From the IMG/VR virus record IMGVR_UViG_3300029305_011823: 64,000 nt of DNA, one strand, 5' to 3'. Shown here piece by piece: positions 61,901 through 64,000 of the stretch (positions are counted from its first letter, which is position 1; each line of letters opens with the position of its first letter). Made by a program: the position numbers and the translations under genes. Origin of the DNA: a virus. Taxonomy: Duplodnaviria > Caudoviricetes. The notes under the pieces are model-generated. The model made no database searches. It was given only the letters and a program-made list of their open reading frames with translations, and had not been told where the DNA came from.

Positions 61901-64000
61901 ACTTAGGTGGTAATCTTGACGTATCTAATTGGGATACTAGAAATGTAACTAATATGGAATTTATGTTCCAAAGTTGTGAGAAATTAACTTCATTAGATGT
62001 AAGTAATTTTGATACTAGTAATGTAACTAGAATGGATTACATGTTCTATAAATGTAATAATTTAACTTCATTAGATGTAAGTAATTTTGATACTAGTAAA
62101 GTGTTTGATATGCAATATATGTTTAATGGTTGTAATAATTTAACTTCATTAGATGTAAGTGGTTTTGATACTAGCAATGTAACTAATATGAATAATATGT
62201 TCTGTAATTGTAAATCATTAACTTCATTAGATGTAAGTAATTTCGATACTAGTAAAGTAACTACTATGAGTGGTATGTTCTTTGGTTGTAAATTATTAAC
62301 TTCATTAGATGTAAGTAATTTCGATACTGGCAATGTAACTAATATGAGTGGTATGTTCTATGATTGTAATCAGTTAACTTCATTGGATGTAAGCAATTGG
62401 AATACTAGTAATGTAACTAATATGTATGCATTATTCCAATTCTGCACACATTTAACTTCATTAGATTTAAGTAATTTTGATACTAGTAAAGTAACTAATA
62501 TTGGTATTATGTTTAACTCTTTACGTTTTATAGAAAATATAGATTTAAGTAATTGGGATACTAGTAATGTAACTAGTATGTGGAAATCATTATGTGGTTG
62601 TGCTGTTAAAAATCTAAATCTTAATAATATTATTATTTCACCATTAACTGATATTGATGGAATATTAGAAAGTGTTGACAGATTAGAAAAAATCTACATC
62701 AATATTCCTGAAACAGTGGATAGAATAGTTTCTCATCTTCCAGATAGAAGCTTAACAACTACTGGACGTATAATAATGCCTAATAAAGACCAAGTATCTG
62801 CAGAAACAGTTGCTTTATTGGCTGGTAAAAACTGGCACCTTGGAAACTTAATTGCTTCTTATAAATACGACAGTAATATTTGTGAGGACTTAATACCAGT
62901 GTTCAATGATGGATTTGGTACAGATAAATACGTTGTTGTGGATACAAATGATAGTCATAAGATAATAACAAGAAATATAGAAGATGTTGATGGTACAATG
63001 CCTACAATGGTTAGATTCGGTACTAATGTAAGTGGTGGTGCTGTAACTGATGCAACTAGTTCTCTACTTGAATTATTAGATATGAATACTCAAGAAATAA
63101 CATTCATGGAGGATATGTTTAGATCTTGTGTAAACTTAAAAGCTGTAAATACTAAACATTGGAACACAAGTAAAGTAACTGTAATCGGAAGTTTATTCTG
63201 TAAATGTGAAGTGTTAACTACAATAGATGTTAGTATGTTCGATACTAGTAATGTAGTTGATATGGAAAGAGTATTCGGATACTGTTACGACTTAGAGACA
63301 ATCATCGGTCTTGAAAAATGGGATACAAGTAAAGTAACTAATATGTATTATTTATTCTATCAATGTAATAAATTACGAAGTGTAGATTTAAGTAATATTG
63401 ATACTAGAAATATAGATAATTTAGCACAAACATTTGCTGCTTGCCATGCATTAACAAAATTAGATTTAAGTAATTTTGATACTAGTAAGGTAATCATTTT
63501 TAATAAAACATTCAATGCTTGTCGTGGATTAATAGAATTAGATTTAAGTAACTGGAATGCTGATAATGTAAATAATAGTGAATACTTCATTAACAATTGT
63601 CCAGAATTAACAACTGTAACAGTAAACACACTTTCAATGATGAACGTAGTTACAAATAGGTTGCCAGATAGAACTGGAAAAGAAGCAGGTACTGTTGTTT
63701 ATTATGGAATAGATGAAGCGGATATAGATACAGAAACATTACAAGCTAAAAACTGGAATTTAAGCTATGAACCAATATTAGCTAAATACATCTTCGATAG
63801 CAATGTATATGAAAACTTCTTACCAAAATTCAATGGTGAGTACTTAAGTGTAAACTATAAAGTTATAGATGATGTAAAAGCTGATGGTAGAGTAGTAAGA
63901 ACATTAAAATATGATAATGATAAGAGACCTACTTGGATACGTCTTGGTGATTATGATTCTACAAATGACGAATTACGTAAACAAGCATTATTGGATGTAT
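49981..64000 (+). CDS. giant BspA/DUF285-type LRR protein 3, >4673 aa, runs off the window (absent from ORF track)
   Basis: ATG at 49981 (MADIAKYKFNSD) after an AAAGGAG RBS; reading in frame shows ten linker domains with LRR blocks; the ORF track lists no + strand ORF here, consistent with no stop before the window end; late promoter at 49897-49908. Confidence 0.85.
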   Translation, partial: MADIAKYKFNSDTDVLPIFGDINFEYTYTDEIGSDGTITRTIVANSSPNSIKFTEKTGLISVEFIDMTEITSCAEMFKDCINLTYVDFNSVNTSKVTDMRSMFEGCSGFLSIDLSGLNTGNVLDMTNMFRGCSNVFSIDTSMINVSKATSLNSMFQGCANITGISLQGWNLSNVVNMGWMFDGCTNLLSVILKGVNIPNSATITDMFKDCIILNNVNMDNCSVEDINKMMRVLPERTDGRDYKLKTNLADVSGINTEDLEAKGWRLATYEIVLRYKFDKSIYANLIPEFNSNFIDYVVIDEVVEGNIVTRAIGHENLKPTKIYFGSPYTELNSQFPKSNSLLSIEHLDPSNLYDVRGMFRYCRNLTSIDVTNWVTTKITSLWDMFSLCTNLQEIIGLETWDTSNVDSLNATFHGCNNLSYIGDISGWQTGKVHDMAYLFSACYNLTSIDISNWDTSIVTTMYYMFNSCRSLVSLNVQGIDVGNVNNMANMFSQCNKLTTIDVSGWDTKNVTNMSFMFSKSIALIQIIGIENFITSKVTNMQDVFGGCLALRSLNLSNWDVSKVTHFNGTFNDCNSLTELNVSSWVTTSAQYMQAMFFGCHNLLSLDLSNFVTTNVLDMTQMFDRCWVITEIKGLENWNVGKVTSMRYLFSACHKVTELNVSNWNVEKVTNMEYMFYCCERLTLLDLNNWNPTRVQNMSNMFKFSSGLQSISSSNWNTDSLTTINSICYGCNNLTTLDVSNWNTSKVNDMNSAFHQCYNLTTLDVSNWDTSNVTNMNSLFSECNKVNGLDVSNWDVSKVEHLSGIFKDCYKLSSLDVSRWNTSSAIRTHMLFYGCNSLQSLDVSNFNTSKASLMRGMFGSLQSITMLDLSSIDTSSVTNDTFADYMYSMYNLKTLILGEKSLAKHIDTWDETFDYEHQITPFPVLERLVCPDEETIERISKYLPDRSTAVNPGVIVTNATISDEAMNTISGKNWSLRKMVAQYKFDAVTYENLIPEFNAEFTESDYVITDSVSESVIDNIQWIDGYALTADTGALTNDDESHVSDFIVIQPNVAYRVNQPTYVYWYDENKAFINNDYVSEEDYNAGNDNMVSPVNARYVRFTQYSYREGLEVESKVVTRTIESVAGKLPTFMRFGGVTDLVDVFDRPYSLLEICNLNTENINSMHSMFHYCKRLTKVNSINWNTNKVTNMFDMFSECHSLSSLDASKWNTGNVTTMSHMFHKCHSISSIGDVSNWNTGKVTTMYSMFNSCYLLTSLDVSKWNTSNVTDMSNMFRSMVSITTLDISNWDTSKVTNMAYMFANCKSLTSLDVSNFDTSNVTNMNFMFYNCNKLTSLDVSRWVTSNVNDMQGVFHSCKLLTSLDVSNWDTGNVTSMFELFQNCNNLTSLDVSNWDTSNVTDMKYMFRCCYNLTSLDVNNWDTSKVTDMGYMFDGCHSLTSLDVSNWDTGNVEYMGYMFNATDGYSMSLTSLDLSKWDTSKVTSMPNMFEQCDSIERLNLSNWDTSKVYIMQYLFSYCRSLTSLDISNWSLANVNSMPGMFLNTDNLRLIKCDNPATVNIIAQYLMDRTSQEKAGMIVIDDTEGLDTTALTAKNWTVVPTSAQHIVAEYKFNKDLADLMPELNPEFDAYFVYDEYNDTEAIETTGYETMMLFNADSEPDEDGVITAETEVEVVNTVEAGNIVTRKIVSYGDDLPTLMRFGGLGDSAVEYNRAKSLIRIEQLDTTGLTTMHHMFRMCENVVYINNNNWNITNVTTMQGAFLGCYNLTSLDVSNWDTSSATVMGGMFRDCNALTSLDVSNFDTSKVTDMSYMFYDCYSLTSLDVSNFNTSNVTTMNRMFYKCSNLTSLDLSNFDTSKITNMAYMFNACYNLTSLDVSKWQTGSLIYMNSMFNACHNLTSLDLSNWNVSNVTDMQGAFGGCKLLTTLGDISNWNVGKVTNVYDMFGYCKSLVSLDLSNWNTDSLTNMSHFIYGADKLEEIYLSDWNVSKVWTMFNAFMDCYKLATIDVSSWVTTKLENTQAMFAKCSSLTSLNLSNWDVSKVTNMSNMFNNCTALTTVGDLSGWTTTNLANLDRTFTNCKALTSLDINNWNTSKVTQMQYLFSNCESLTSLNLNKWDTSKVTDMTAMFRNCYLLSSLDISNFNTINVMSLSYMFHQCKSLTSLNVSSFDTSNVNRMYATFWDCRSLTSLDVSNFDNSKVTDMGSFVGSCIALKSLNLGNVVINSSNINDNRLLLNNTDLEELYVNDKGTLDYILPFLPNRTEKAVGKIVTSIRSQIPQETLAVLTSKNWVIYDVVAQYLYDSSRYANLLPEFNAEYTSDKYVVTDVDRSQSLKVTRWEAGILDANGANTTSTDYPNAMRSDFIKIRAAKYTFNIDYCQVYWYDENKNLVANSGVYGTNSGIQNGKVCEAPIGARYLRIYRAVGKTDCSIDCSLIERTIESVNGELPTKMSFGIADGDDRSRALIELIQANVSELTTMIAMFDTCDRMSFCNTANWDTSKVTDMACIFSACNNLTSLDVSNWDVSNVTDMRLMFCRCYILSSLDVSKWDTRNVTDMYAMFYNCNNLTSLDVSNFDTSKVTNMNSMFYNCNNLTSLDVSNWNTESLSGTGAQYLFYGCSNLTSLDLSNWKVDNLTSFHCMFHGCSKLSTIGNAGNWKTGKSQSFEQMFNGCGISSLDVSNWTTDYVFNMYAMFHGCSNLATIKGIGKWNVSRTHSLHNMFTNCSSLLSLDLSNWNPAATNLFGFLYGCNKLVSLDITNWDMSNVNNFNSFTYNCSALKYVKCNTVNSINKLMGKGLPTRPANDSGLIICNADTTNLDVAALNAKNWRIATATDIVTVAQYKFDKSICEDFMPYFNDGANYPVFVRDEVDGNIVTRTLEIVNGMELPNEVTFGIKSTNADDRTNREQSLYEVLYVNTKNINNMQYMFNYCQYLTTVNTDGWDTSKVINMKYMFRACNLLTSLDVSNFDTKNVGNMQGMFTACKVINTLDVSKWDTSNVTRMDSMFRDCTDLTTINLSNFNTGKVTTMDSMFYGCSNLSLLNVSNFNTGKVTNMINMFYSCSNLSSLDLSNWDTSKVDNMAYMFKNCNKLTSLDVSKFNTSNVINMYCMFDYCESLTSLDVSNWDTSKVINMKYMFRACNLLTSLDVSNWNTSNVTSMANMFCNCNNLTSLDVSGFDTSKVTSLHSMFWGCHKLTTIDVSNWDTSNVTSFYALFHQCYVMTTLDVSNFDTSKATELHFFASYNGATIMNLNNIKFREADYSILVSTKVEKMYLNSLETLNKVLEYLPDRTGKESGKLVTSLRNKIPEETLAALTAKNWEIVDIVAQYRFDANKYENLLPEFNAEFTADKYRVIDDVHEYVVDDIQWKIGYINMQGELHSSTDTMISSYIPCENAAVYVFDTPINVHWFDGDKKYIGISQNSNNTYPRAIPKPISAKYFIVSRFITTGEALNISYKLVNRTIESVNGDLPTLMRFGLHANYAYTQYTDRETSLLEVYALNTNEITNMSQMFRQCRNLAHIRTSEIDTSKVTDMQFMFQTCMKLKYVDVSNWDTSKVTTMDNLFQDCQSITSLDVSNWNTSNVTIMQSTFGSCKKLTSIDVSGWDTSKVTNMHNMFGICQSLTSLDLSNFDTSKVNDMNNMFYNCQSLTSLDVSGWDTSSLRDMGNMFKDCKKLTSIDITGFDTSKVTNMHAMFAFCDSLINLNISNFKYDSIDTSDYMNSSSMISSNGDTKLVSLNLPKADLPDSIVGIILNRNGLKYVKCENKNNITKIISHLPARTSADPGKIITKVPMSQFTELEIQALADKNWTISNEALQVVAKYRFAKDLYRSLIPAFNSGFTTNYFVDDEYLNTEDLTDMYGKDYNQGYTITAENIVTRTISVLEEEVLPTRITFGTSWFTNSTLVDERPKAISLLESIEINTNNLSSMAYMYRLCYNVKNISTEGWDTSKVVDMKCAFANCYNLLSIDVSNFDTSNVLNMYSMFYINRNLGGNLDVSNWDTRNVTNMEFMFQSCEKLTSLDVSNFDTSNVTRMDYMFYKCNNLTSLDVSNFDTSKVFDMQYMFNGCNNLTSLDVSGFDTSNVTNMNNMFCNCKSLTSLDVSNFDTSKVTTMSGMFFGCKLLTSLDVSNFDTGNVTNMSGMFYDCNQLTSLDVSNWNTSNVTNMYALFQFCTHLTSLDLSNFDTSKVTNIGIMFNSLRFIENIDLSNWDTSNVTSMWKSLCGCAVKNLNLNNIIISPLTDIDGILESVDRLEKIYINIPETVDRIVSHLPDRSLTTTGRIIMPNKDQVSAETVALLAGKNWHLGNLIASYKYDSNICEDLIPVFNDGFGTDKYVVVDTNDSHKIITRNIEDVDGTMPTMVRFGTNVSGGAVTDATSSLLELLDMNTQEITFMEDMFRSCVNLKAVNTKHWNTSKVTVIGSLFCKCEVLTTIDVSMFDTSNVVDMERVFGYCYDLETIIGLEKWDTSKVTNMYYLFYQCNKLRSVDLSNIDTRNIDNLAQTFAACHALTKLDLSNFDTSKVIIFNKTFNACRGLIELDLSNWNADNVNNSEYFINNCPELTTVTVNTLSMMNVVTNRLPDRTGKEAGTVVYYGIDEADIDTETLQAKNWNLSYEPILAKYIFDSNVYENFLPKFNGEYLSVNYKVIDDVKADGRVVRTLKYDNDKRPTWIRLGDYDSTNDELRKQALLDV

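Larger units (their letters stand above)
25380..63600 (+). repeat. dispersed blocks of 78-nt coding tandem repeats
   Basis: Near-constant TTAACTTCATTAGATGTAAGTAA(TTGG/TTTT)(G/A)ATACTAGTAA(T/A)GTAACT followed by ~33 variable nt. Confidence 0.9.

Noticed and set aside
25380-63600. CRISPR-like array (constant ~45 nt + variable ~33 nt)
   Set aside because: Units are in-frame 26-codon protein repeats, the 'spacers' retain ATG..ATGTT..TGT codons, and no cas genes are in the window
25852-63629. Numerous minus-strand ORFs within the giant genes
   Set aside because: Antisense shadows of the repetitive sense frame, with no evident RBS or promoter
24959-64000. Diversity-generating retroelement acting on the LRR genes
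   Set aside because: No reverse transcriptase or TR/VR pair in the window, and repeat differences are not confined to adenines; a DGR elsewhere in the genome cannot be excluded

Overview
Very AT-rich (roughly 25-28% GC by eye) segment of a jumbo bacteriophage genome. The gene content and promoter motifs point to the PBS1/AR9-like branch of phiKZ-related phages, and the AGGAG(G) RBSs and endolysin type suggest a Firmicutes, possibly clostridial, host (inference). The first ~25 kb holds a Dda/RecD-like helicase, a DnaB-like helicase, an SbcD/Mre11 nuclease, a PD-(D/E)XK exonuclease, baseplate/virion genes and two HExxH peptidase paralogs (one frameshifted). It also holds an Amidase_3-SH3b endolysin split by a group I intron carrying an HNH homing endonuclease, a holin-like gene and collagen/tail-fibre genes. 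Most of the remaining ~39 kb is three giant paralogous genes (4181 aa, 3649 aa, and >4673 aa running off the window and absent from the ORF track). They are built from hundreds of 26-residue BspA/DUF285-type LRR repeats separated by a recurring linker domain, with phage tail-type C-termini where these are visible. The LRR repeats have near-constant DNA scaffolds, hypervariable positions, and exact multi-repeat cassettes shared within and between genes. This suggests recombination-driven diversification of receptor-binding fibres. Also found: a genome-wide AACA-N6-TA late-promoter regulon, TATATTAT-N6-G early promoters, and two candidate structured ncRNAs (a four-way junction at 5002-5087 and a ~180-nt RNA at 9734-9914).
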